A stretch of 63,405 nucleotides of DNA, filler included, from Octopus bimaculoides (lineage: Eukaryota), in the NCBI RefSeq assembly GCF_001194135.2. It is 5 parts of 5 records of this genome, joined end to end, with 100 filler letters (N's around TTAATTAATTAA, not from the genome) between each part and the next. Parts side by side here need not be neighbours in the genome. Positions count along the whole stretch, not along the records: positions 1 to 15,878 come from NC_068991.1; positions 15,979 to 21,532 come from NC_068997.1; positions 21,633 to 47,035 come from NC_068986.1; 2 more parts are not named here. The stretch is one strand, 5' to 3'. Position numbers and translations under genes: made by a program. The notes beneath the pieces are model-generated. The model saw only the letters and a list, made by a program, of their open reading frames with translations. It was not told the origin of the DNA and made no database searches. Shown here one piece after another: positions 11,156 through 21,864 of the stretch. The stretch's first letter is position 1, and each line of letters starts with the position of its first letter.

Positions 11156-12697
11156 GGTTAAGCAGCCATATTGACAAGGTGTCTAATATTACAATAAAAT
11201 GAAAGTGGTAAACAGTTCTTCTACAGATGATTTCTTTAGCCTGTTTCTATTAGCCAGCTTGGATCGCGTGCTGAAAGCAATAGTTGAACGATTAATAGAA
11301 TATATAATATAACAAATCTGGTGCTATAGATGAGGGTAGTTCTTGTAGCTTTCATTTGACATTCCTGTACAAATTGTAGTAAAATATATGGAACAGTGCT
11401 GTCTAATAGCTTAAAACTAATTGACAGAAAGCTGCATTGATAGTAGCAATATTAAAGTTTGTTATAGCGGATATATCAAAATCACTTCTGGAAACTGTGG
11501 ACATTGGGTGTGCAATTCAGTAAGACCAGCAGATCGAAAATTCAGAGTTTATTGAAAATTTTAAAATTTGGTACATTAATGTAGTTTTCCAAGCTAAATC
11601 TCAGGCAATATTTCACTTTCATCAGAAAATTTTTTAAAAAAAGTTATAGAGGTTTAAAGTTTGATAATTTTCACTTAGTCAGGAAACAGGATTTAGAAGT
11701 TGTCATTTTGTGCGTGACATGTTTTAATATGAAACTGCAAATAAATCAACTTCTGCTTTACACACGACATATGACCCCTCATAACTTTTTTATTTTTGGG
11801 AATTTTCTGAAAATTTTTGCCAATTTGTATTCTACACTCAAGAATTCATACCGAAAAATTAGGTGGGGTACGTGATTTTAGACTTATTTGGCTGTTATTT
11901 TTAGCACATTTTAGCAGCAGAACACAGCATCGACGCACATGTTTCGCGTAGAATATATTTGTCAACACGTGCTGTCTCGCAGACAAAAGAGTTCTCATGT
12001 TTGACTTTTTATTATGGAAACAGACATGAATGTGTCTAACTTACAATTGGTTAAAATTACCCAAAATTTTCAAACTTTAAAAGCTAATAACACTTTATTT
12101 ATTGATTTATTGCGAAAATGTATTTCAAAGCAGTGATTAGCATATAAAACCACATCATTACACTGACTATGAAATCAATTCGAGCAGGAATTGAAGAGAT
12201 TGAAAACTGGCAGCCAAGCAGAAAAGATCTGGACCAGCAACCTTGAATAATGGTAAGTTACTGTTATATTTTGACGAATGCTACTAGGTCAAAAAGAAGA
12301 AGGATCTGTTGTTCGATGTCTCTGTGGGAAGCTATGACAAACCTGGGATCACAGGCCAGGTTGGATTATCTATCCTTGACACGTTCAAGAAACGCACACA
12401 AACTCCGGTTTGTAAAGAGACGATGGCCTGGCAATTTCAAACAATGTATGCGACCTTACCAATATAAAACCTAATATAAATTTTTAAGGAATGTTGGACA
12501 TTAATTTAGTCCTCAAGCTGGTAAGTATCACTAGCAAAATGCTTAACGAGCAGCAAATTGTGCTTACTGTTACGATCAGACAAATTAATAATGTAAGAAA
12601 AAGGGGTAAACATCTGATCGCAACAACAAAGTGTTCAAACAGGGAAGTAAATGTTCAAATATGGAGATTATGTCCAGTCTCAATGGTTTCAAGATAG

Positions 12698-13007
12698 GTA
12701 GTGAACGGTCCGACCCGTATGCAGCTCCGTCTCTCGTTCTGGTTCTATTCACGCCAATCACCCGCTGTCTTCCCCACTCCCCTTTTTAACAGGAAGTACG
12801 AGATTACCTGCCTTGCTCGTTAACAGGAAGTGAACGAGGTTACCTGTCTCGTACTATGCTAACTTCCTGTATATATATTTGGTTATCCATACCAACGTTA
12901 TTTCATTTCTGCCAAACAGTCGTTGACAAACGTTTATCTCGCCACCTTCGGAAAATATAGGGTAAGTTCTCAGCCTTTATTATATTATAGGTATACGTAA
13001 CATTACA
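12698..13007 (+). mobile_element. Short solo-LTR-like element
   Basis: Ends CATTACA; begins (T)GTAGTG with the T missing; internal tandem duplication, TATA-like run and a GGTAAG donor-like site. No clean TSD. Confidence 0.4.
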
Positions 13008-14049
13008 TAGAAATTCCAGCCGTCTTCCAAATTCTTATTAGAAGCTAGAGGGAATTAGAATTTCCAACTGAGATTCATAAAGAAATGTCTTCAATAAGAC
13101 TGAAACCATTTATGATGCAGCATTAGCGATGAGTATTTAAGAGTTTAGTATGCACAAAGAATCCTCCACCACCACCACCACCAGCAACTTCGAACAAAGT
13201 TAAGAAATATTGACTTGGTTTACTCCTCTGCTGCAGATTGCTTTCCTGTTATCCGATGTCTTATTGTTTATATTTCATGACTGCGTAATAGTTATGTCAA
13301 TGTGTTCGTTAAGTGATCGTAATGATATTTCAATTTGGTCGGGCGATAGTTTTTGGGTAGGGTATACGAAGTATCATACAAGAAGACAAAGGAAGGTGTA
13401 TGCGTATATATATATAGCAGATAGTGTCGGGGAATGTAGGGCTGTCTTAGTGTTACGCCCAGGCCCGCTTGTTTTTCGTGGCTGATATGAAGATGTAAGG
13501 TCAGGAAAATTTTATGTAGCAAGTATTATAATGCATTCGTTTGTCTTATGTACAATTCAACAAACATTACGTAATGTGACGTGCAAAATATAAAATATAT
13601 AAATCATAAAAAGTAAAATGTAAAATATGCGGTTTCTATTCTCCAAGTGCTTGTGGTGCCCAAGGATGCTACATCAGGTGGTTTGTACCATCGCGTCAAA
13701 ATACTTGTATGTTACCCCTGTAAATCTATTGACGTTATTCTATTGACCAGAGTAATGAATAATTAATGCATAGTAAAGGTTTATTCCAGTTTTTCAATTC
13801 TGGTTATAACAGTGAGAATTATTTGGAGTTTTGCACATTCAAATTCGCTTCAGTTAGTGCTGTAGCGTTACAGTATTGTACGGATGTTTTAATGTATAGT
13901 TGTTAGGGTGAGGGTGTAGTGTTGGTGGATGGTTTATGAGGTCATAGCGGTAAATGTGGTGTGGCTGCGTGCTTGATTCATTATTGTATTCTTATATTGG
14001 TGAGTGATAGGTGAGGGAAAAGATACCGGTTAGCCGAGTTGAATTTGTG

Positions 14050-14360
14050 TTGGGTTGGTTCTGAAATGTGTTTGAAGTTTTGTCATTTAAAATGTTTCCC
14101 ATGTAGACAAAGAAATGAATGTCTCGTTCCTTATATTGAATGCATTTACTGGTGAGGTCAATATATTTAACTTCTCTGCTAAACAGAGGCTACACCTGAT
14201 GTGTCGTCCACTCCATCCATCCTTTAAAATCCATACAAACTTGGATAGTGACGCAGAATTATGCTTGCTTCTATTTCTGATTGGATCTATCAGTTGTGAG
14301 AATCTTTCCTCGAATGTATTTTCTCCGTGATCCCAATATAGATCTTTATTGTACCATTTA
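14050..14360 (-). mobile_element. Penelope-like element relic (GIY-YIG C-terminus)
   Basis: KIYIGITE, then ENTFEERF..RNRSKHNSASLSKFVWILKD..RCSLCLAEKLNIL..FNIRNE (ORF 14087..14452). Confidence 0.8.
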
Positions 14361-14363
14361 CAC

Positions 14364-14637
14364 CAGGGGTGGGGAAACCCCCGCCCGCGGGCGCAGTTGC
14401 GCCCACGAGCACATTTTATTGCACCCGCAGGCTGGTATACTCGTATGTACAAAATATAGTCAATTTTTCAATTATAAAATTTATACAATACTCGTATGCC
14501 TCTTTGTAACGTATGTCGCTTTTCCACTACGACCTAAAACGGTTAAACTCGAACAGAAAATCGTCCGGCAATTGTCATTTGAATGGAAATTTTGTTTTCA
14601 CTATAAAACATATATTGCTAGTTTTGTACCACCTCCT
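14364..14637. mobile_element. Non-autonomous hAT-like element
   Basis: Left end CAGGGGTGGGGAAAC followed by CCGCCCGCGGGCGC, a Charlie-like subterminus; right end degenerate (GTTTTGTACCACCTCCTTG); no TSD found. Confidence 0.5.
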
Positions 14638-14669
14638 TGAGACCCAACTACACTCTAGCTGAAAAATAG

Positions 14670-14943
14670 TGTTATATGGACTGTTAGATATGTTTGTTGT
14701 TTGTCTGAAGTCCCATATTTCAATGTAGTTCGTCTGAGGTCCCTGTTTCGTTGCTGTTTTGAATGACTGTCGAGGTTGAACTGGATTGAGATATATGGCG
14801 AGGAAAACATTCTTGTAAACACAAACGTTTCTTGATAATTAACATTCGGTAAGTGAGTCGTTTGTTATGGTTGATAAATAAATGTAATGATTAAGTTGTA
14901 CAACTCGTGTTTTCTCTGCGAGTTCCCGAGAGGAATACAACAG
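14670..14943 (+). mobile_element. Probable 5' LTR of a Gypsy element
   Basis: TGTTAT...ATACAACA; AATAAA at 14877-14882; lies directly upstream of gag. The end and PBS position are uncertain. Confidence 0.5.
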
Positions 14944-15008
14944 AGTTTAGTGGAGTCGCCAATAGGATTACAAACATACTTTGCCGTAAAATTGTTCATC
15001 TTAATAAC

Positions 15009-15878
15009 ATGGCGGAAAAACAGACAGTGGAGCTGATAAAGTTGTTTAGGGAACAAATGGAACAGCAAATGCAGCAACANNNNNNNNNNTGTTTAGGGAA
15101 CAAATGGAACAGCAAATGCAGCAACATAAGAGAAGTATGGACACTGTTAAAACTGTTTGGTGCCCGAAATTCCGATCAACAAGTTGAAGGCGATTCCAGT
15201 GGCTATTTTTCAGCTGCTTCAATAACAGTGTTCATTCCACCATTTGCTGCATTTGATTCAACGACAGAACTATGGCCTGATTACTGGTCAAGATTCCGCA
15301 CGTTTGTGGCTGCTAATGCTGTACCTGAACAATGCATGGCACAAGTGTTCCTGACCAATCAGGCCGCTACTATTTACAAGCAACTTGCTAATCTGGCTAC
15401 TCAACAAAATCCGCCTAAAGATATCAACAACTTGACAATGGACGAAATCGTTGACTTTTCATTGTGAGAGAGCGTTTCAAGTTTTGGAGTGATATACAAC
15501 GGAAGCCAGGCGAAACTCTCCAGGAGCTGGCAGCACGTATACGTCAGGATGCGGCTACCTGTGATTTTCCATCGATTACCAACCCACAGGATGAAGCTCT
15601 GAGACAGATTCATATGTTCGGTCAACAATGAAGCGGTTCAGACACAGAACTAGATTTTGCCCGTGCTGTCCAAGTTGCCATCGAGACTGAAGACGCAGCA
15701 AAGGTTGCCAAAGAAACTGTCTATGGTTCCAAAACCAAGCAAGTCTACAAGGTCCAACAGAACAAGAATAAGAGTCCTCAAAAGAACCATCAGCAGTCGT
15801 ATTCCACAGACCAGGAGAAATGCTACCGATGTGGAAAGGCCCACAAATCGACAGACTGTCCTTTCAAAGAAACCAAAT
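15009..15878 (+). pseudogene. Gypsy (Mag-clade-like) gag, frameshifted, cut by an assembly linker
   Basis: MAEKQTVELIKLF..IPPFAAFDSTTELWPDYWSRFRTFVAAN..; next frame FIVRERFKFWSDIQRKPGETLQELAARIRQDAATCDF; zinc knuckle CYRCGKAHKSTDC (C-X2-C-X3-H-X4-C). Confidence 0.88.
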
Positions 15879-15978
15879 NNNNNNNNNNNNNNNNNNNNNN
15901 NNNNNNNNNNNNNNNNNNNNNNTTAATTAATTAANNNNNNNNNNNNNNNNNNNNNNNNNNNNNNNNNNNNNNNNNNNN
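15879..15978. other. Artificial scaffold linker
   Basis: 44 N + TTAATTAATTAA + 44 N = exactly 100 bp; the 12-mer gives stops in all six frames. Confidence 0.95.
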
Positions 15979-16068
15979 GGACTATATACCTGTTGTAATT
16001 TAGTTATCTATAGTCAGATGATATTTCGGAATACAATTCTTTCTTCAGATATTCTTATACCATTCAAA

Positions 16069-16099
<31 letters not shown>

Positions 16100-17830
16100 C
16101 AGCATCATCATCGTTTAACGTCCGCTTTCCATGCTAGGATGGGTTGGACGATTTGACTGAGGACTAGCGAACCAGATCGCTACACCAGGCTCCAATCTGA
16201 TTTGGCAGAGTTTCTACAGCTCGATGCCCTTTCTAACGCCAACCACTTCGAGAGTGTTGTGGGTGCTTTTACGTGCCACCGGCACAAAGGCCAGTCCAGC
16301 GGTACTGGCAATGCCCACGCTCAAAATGGTGTATTTTACGTGCCACCTGCACAGGAGCCAGTCCAGCGGCACTGGCAACGACCTCGCTTGAATATCTTTT
16401 CACGTACCACCGGCACAAGTGCCAAGAAGGCGACACTGGTAATGATCACCCTCAAATGGTGCTATTTACGTGCCACTGGCAGGAAGCCAGACAGCTGCTC
16501 TGGCAACAATCCCACTTGGACGGTGCTCGTAGCACTCCACTGGTACAGGTGCCATCACGATTTCGTTTTCACTTGCCTGAACAGGTCTTCGTAAGCGGTG
16601 TTCAGTGTTCAATGAAGGAGACGACATTGGCATGGGTGCCAATTTGGTTCGATTTCGATTTCACTTCCCTTAACAGGTCTTTGCAAGCGGTGTTTAGTGT
16701 CCAATGACGGAAATGTACTCATGAGTGGGCTGGCTACACCCCTGGCAGAGGCCTTTGGATTATGGTCTCACTTGGCTTTCCAGGTCTTCTCACGCACAGC
16801 ATATTTCCAAACGTCTCGGTCACAAGTCACTGCCTCGGTGAGGCCTAATGTTCGAAGGCTGTGCTTCACCACCACATCCCAGGTCTTCCTCTTCCATAGT
16901 TTCCCTCAACCACTAGGGTGTGGCACTTTTTCACAGCTATTCTCATCCATTCTCGCCAAATGACCATACCAGCACAATCGTCTCTCTTGCACACCACAAC
17001 TGATGCTTCTTTGGTTCAACTTTTCTCTCAAGGTACTTACACTCTGTCGAGTATGCACACTGACATTACACATCCATTGGAGCATACTGGTTTCATTCCT
17101 TGTGAGCTTACGCATGTCCTCAGCAGTCACGGCCCGTTTTTCACTGCCATGTAGTCGTACAGTCTGCCTTTTACTCTGAGAGAGAAGCCCTTTGTCACCA
17201 GCAGAGGTAAGAGCTCTCTGAACTTTGCCCAGGCTATTCTTATTCTATTCTAGCAGCTACACTTTCAGCACACCCTCCCCCGCTACTAACTTGGTCACCT
17301 AGATAGCGGAAGCTATCAACTACGTCTAGTTTTTCTCCCTGGAATGTGGCAGAAGTTGTTTTCTGCACATTTTCAGTGTTTATTGCTCCTGAACATCTGC
17401 CACATACAAAAACTAACTTCCTAGTTAGCCTTCCTTTGATATTGCTGCACCTCTTACGTGTCCATATCTTACACTAGGTACATCTTATAGAGTTTCTCCT
17501 ACACCTTTTTTACAGATTGAGTAAGGCCATCTACCTGAAGGGGTTTGTGCTTGGTCTACCTTCCTACTTATTAGGAGTTTGATTTTAGCTAGGTTGACTC
17601 TAAGGCCCTTCGATTCTAGTCCTTGGTTCCACACCTGAAACTTCTCTAGTTCTGATAGTGACTCAGCAATTATCACAAGGTCATCAGCGTAGAGGAAGCT
17701 CCCAGGGGCATCCTGTCTTGAATTCCTGTGTTATTGCCTGGAGGACTGTGACAAATAGGAGGGGACTGAGGACTGAACCTTGGTGGACTCCTACCTCTAC
17801 CCGGAATTCTTCACTGTACTCATTGCCAGC
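16100..17830 (-). mobile_element. 5'-truncated RTE-clade LINE, copy 1 (RT, C-terminus, long 3' UTR, (GAT)n tail)
   Basis: VGVHQGSVLSPLLF..PWEL(P)LYADDLVIIAES (17670-17800); KLTRNETSMLQWMC..RRLCWYGHLARM; tail ...CGTTAAACGATGATGATG. Frameshifted. Confidence 0.92.
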
Positions 17831-18183
17831 CCAGAATTTTATATATATATATATATACATATATAGTATCTGGTTAATGACAAACAGAAGGTGTAAGATA
17901 AGAGTTTCTATTAATCACTACAATTGTTTCAATACATCTAGCATTGAGCCCTTATGGGTGGGGTACTTAATAACTGGTTCAGGAGCATCCAACAGTGCAG
18001 GTGTGTCGCTTTGGGCAATAAAATTGATACAACTTATTAAAATAATAGCTCCACAATATATGTTCTCAGTTCATGTAAAAAAAAAGTAGCAAATTAAATG
18101 ATGTAGCTTCATTTATATAGAAGATCAATAATAAAATAACAGATTCAAAAAAGAAACCAACATGCAATACAGTGAAAATAGTA

Positions 18184-18413
18184 TTAACACTTTTGTTACC
18201 ATATTTCTGTTGAGATGCCCTGTGTTTCTTTGAATTAATTTTTAATAAAATAAAGAATTTAGTAAAATAACTTAGTTATCATTAAGCTAGTGTCAGGAAC
18301 ATAAATTGTTACTAAGGTTTAGTGAAAGATTTTAATTCAGAACTTTTGAAAACAAGACATTTGTACTACAGAGTCAGAGGTGGTTACAGCTGGGTTGATA
18401 TCAAAAGTGTTAA
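18184..18413. mobile_element. piggyBac-type MITE
   Basis: TTAACACTTTTG...CAAAAGTGTTAA; same family as 55115-55343. Confidence 0.8.
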
Positions 18414-19000
18414 CTGACTATGGACCAATTTATGTTATATCTAATTTTATCTTCCTTAAGTTGCCACACAAAATCAGCTAAAGATGTTGGATGTCTCTTA
18501 TTGATTTTCTTGAAGCTGGTAACATGGTTGCAATAATGATTCTTGAATGAACAAGCCATTGCCCCAATGTAAACATACAGCCCTCCCCTTGTGTGCACAA
18601 TGCATTTATATACAAGATTTGTACTCATACAGAGGTTCATCAATAGGCATTTTGATTTTTCTCTGTATGAGCATTTATTATATTTATTTGTATATATGCC
18701 AGTTTTGACTTCATTTTCTAATGTTGTTACCATGTTAGCTATATCACAATCATTTCTACTATATGATTTGGCTGTATTTGGTGCTTTTCATTGTGGCTCA
18801 CATCTCCGTTGTTGGTACTTTGATGCATATGTTTGCTAGTTCCAGCAGGTAGGTTATTGAACTGCTGATTCATTTTACTATTGTTTATGTGGTGCATGTG
18901 CTGCTTTAAATTCATAGAGTTAGCGTAAGATACCTTCACAGTATGTCTATTAAAAATAGCATAGTATCTGTTAGATTTAGGGAAACATTTGTCTAAGTGA
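18414..19000 (-). mobile_element. Penelope-like element relic (post-RT linker and GIY-YIG)
   Basis: LDKCFPKSNRYYAIFNRHTVKVSYA; CSYREKSKC..LVYKCIV..VYIGAMACSFKNHYCNHVTSF..TSLADFVWQLKED..NWSIV (ORFs 18739..18939 and 18410..18733). Confidence 0.85.
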
Positions 19001-19074
19001 CCATGCTTTACCAGTAAGCTACCAGGTATAAACCATTCATTTTATTATCTAATATTATATATATATATATATAT

Positions 19075-20428
19075 CATCATCGTTTAACGTCCACTTTCCA
19101 TGCTAGCATGGATTGGACAATTTGACTGGGGACTGGCGAACCAGATGGCTGCACCAGGCTCCACTCTACAGCTGGATGCCTTTCCTAATGCCAACCACTC
19201 CGAGAGTGTAGTGGGTGCTTTTTACATACCACTGGCACGGGGGCCAGTCCAACAGTACTGGCAACAGCCATGCTCAAATGGTGTTTTTTTATGTGCCACC
19301 TGCACAGGAGTCAGTCCAATGTTTTGTTCACATGCCACCGNNNNNNNNNNNNNNNNNNNNNNNNNNNNNNNNNNNNNNNNNNNNNNNNNNNNNNNNNNNN
19401 NNNNNNNNNNNNNNNNNNNNNNNNNNNNNNNGGTGCTTTTTACGTGCCACCGTCATGGAAGTGAGACCACTGCTCTGGGAGTGATCTCGCTCGGATGGTG
19501 CTGTTAGCGCTCCACTGGCATGGGTGCCAGTCAGCGAATTTGGTTCAGTTTTGATCTCACTTGCTCCAACAGGTTTTCGCAAGCCGAGTTTAGTGTCCAA
19601 TGAAGGAGACGACGTTGGCATGGGTGCCAGTCAACAAATTTGGTTAAATTTTTGATTTCGATTTCACTTGTCTCAACAGGTCTTCGCAAGCAGGGTTTTG
19701 TGTCCAAAGAAGGAAAGGTACGCATAAGTGGGCTGGCTACACTCCAGGTAAAGGCCATGGGTTATGGTTTCACTTGTCTTGCCGGGTCTTCTCACACACA
19801 GCATATTTCCAAAAGTCTTGGTCGCAAGTCATTACCTTAGTGAGGCCTAATGTTTGAAGGTCGTGCTTCACCACCACATCCCAGGTCTTCCTGGGTCTAC
19901 CTCTTCCACAGGCACTCTCAACCTCTAGGGTGTGGCACTTTTTCACAGCTATTCTCATCCATTCTCGCCACATGACCATACCAGGGCAATCGTCTCTCTT
20001 GCACATCACAACTGATGCTTCTTAGGTCCAACTTTTCTCTCAAGGTACTTATACCCTGTCGATTATGCACACTGACATTACACATCCATTGGAGCATATT
20101 GGCTTCATTCTTTGTGAGTTTACGCATGTTTCAGCAGTCACAGCCCATGTTTCACTGCCATGTAGCATGGCTGTTCATACACATGCGTCATACAGTCTGC
20201 CTTTTACTCTGAGTGAGAGGCCCTTTGTCACCAGCAGAGGTAGGAGCTCTCTGAACTTTTCCCAGGCTATTCTTATTCTAGCAGCTACACTTTCAGCGCA
20301 CCCTCCCCTGCTACTGACTTGGCCACCTAGGTAACGGAAATTATCAACTACTTCTAGCTTTTCTCCCTGGAATGTGGCAGAAGTTGTTTTCTGCACATTT
20401 TCAGTGTTTATTGTTCCTGAGCATCTGC
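19075..20428 (-). mobile_element. 5'-truncated RTE-clade LINE, copy 2
   Basis: EKLEVVDNFRYLG..AWEKFRELLPLL..KGRLYDACV; RRLPWYGHVARM; GRGRPRKTW; same 3' UTR and (GAT)n tail as copy 1. Confidence 0.92.
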
Positions 20429-21083
20429 CACACACACACACACACATGCAGGAGTGGGACAAAATAATGGAACTACTACTTTTCATTTAATTATTTTTTC
20501 TATTGGCAATTTGGCAAATTCTGAACTGATCTAATTTGTATACATGTGTTTCTATGCATTACATATACCTTGTACTTCATTATATTGCACTCTGTTTTCC
20601 TTTTTTGGAAGAAATTTTCATTTAAATAACTTAATATATATATACAACCTGTCTGATTTCCAAAGAGGACAATTTGCCATGAACGGCTATCAATTTTCAG
20701 TCATCAAAACTACTGAATTGTTTAATGTTTGGATAGGTATGAGTTCCAAAACCAAAGTAAAACCAGTTCTGGCAAGAATAATTCTGGATGAAAGGCAAGG
20801 CTCACAGAGAGGGACTGCAGAATAATACAAAAGATATCCTTGATATTGTTAATGAAAAGCAATGACTTGAATCTCTTTGAGACACTCAAATTAACCAAAC
20901 TAAATAGTTTATGTAGAATTACAATACCTTTTACTGTGGTACTCTTTTAGTCATGTTAACATAAACATATCTGAGCTCATTCAATATAAAACAATTCAGG
21001 TTGCAAACTGTAGTGTCATCATATCTTAAACATGAACATGCAATAGAGTGATCTCATCCAGGATATGATTGTAACCTAATAGT

Positions 21084-21532
21084 ATTGTAGGGATTCTCCG
21101 GGCTGTGTTTGTTCTGGAGTCGGGGTCACCAATTGTAGGGATTCTCCGGGCTGCGTTTGTTCTTGCGTCGGGGTCACCAATTGTAGGAAAGTGGTTATAC
21201 ACCATTAGGTGTATACCCGCTTCCGTACATTAAATTTCTTGAAGAAACAACGGAACGCAGATTCTGAACTATCAACACAACAATATTTATTTACAGAGGA
21301 AATAGGCAGCACTTCGCCCTTTGGTTGCTGAGACGCCGTCAATGATGTTGAGTGGTTATTTGTCTCGCTCCAGAGTTGGAATGTTGGAGAGAGCTGTCTC
21401 CAGAGTTGGAATGTTGGAAAGAGCTGTCTCCAGAGTTGGAATGTTGGAGAGAGGCTGCTTGTACGTCTGGGCCCTTCGTCGGCCGGCGAGAAAGAGAATG
21501 AATAAGGGCGCGAAACTTGGATATCGATGACT
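21084..21532 (-). mobile_element. LTR 3' part with tandemly duplicated tRNA-Trp primer-binding site
   Basis: Minus strand ...TTCCTACA-AT-TGGTGACCCCGACGC (PBS at 21165-21179), repeated with a 48-bp period (second PBS 21118-21131); AATAAA on minus near 21285; three 30-bp repeats at 21368-21455. Confidence 0.75.
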
Positions 21533-21632
21533 NNNNNNNNNNNNNNNNNNNNNNNNNNNNNNNNNNNNNNNNNNNNTTAATTAATTAANNNNNNNNNNNN
21601 NNNNNNNNNNNNNNNNNNNNNNNNNNNNNNNN
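21533..21632. other. Artificial scaffold linker
   Basis: 44 N + TTAATTAATTAA + 44 N. Confidence 0.95.
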
Positions 21633-21826
21633 ATATAATATAATATACAATATATAATATAAAATAAAATAAAATAAAAATGGATGGCACCATGAAAGAA
21701 AGTATTGAATGTAGATGAAATATTGAGTGTTCAATATAAAGGATCAAATATATAAATATATAAATATAAATACATAAAGGCGACTCGAGTTTCAGGGCTA
21801 TTTCCCTTCGTCATGGCCGGCATGAC

Positions 21827-21864
<38 letters not shown>

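Noticed and set aside
13628-13685. Hammerhead-like CTGATGT...GAAACCGC downstream of the Penelope relic (also 1815-1862)
   Set aside because: The core is mutated and no consistent stems could be drawn; at most a dead relic.
15043-15126. 37-bp direct repeat in gag suggesting a Gln-rich repeat
   Set aside because: The two copies flank a 10-N gap, typical of unmerged overlapping contig ends.
15923-15934. TTAATTAATTAA as a biological motif or piggyBac target
   Set aside because: Always centred in an exact 100-bp N block; it is an artificial linker.
21368-21455. 30-bp direct repeats (and the 16262-16530 array) as a CRISPR-like array
   Set aside because: Head-to-tail repeats with no unique spacers, inside an LTR or LINE UTR, and no cas genes.
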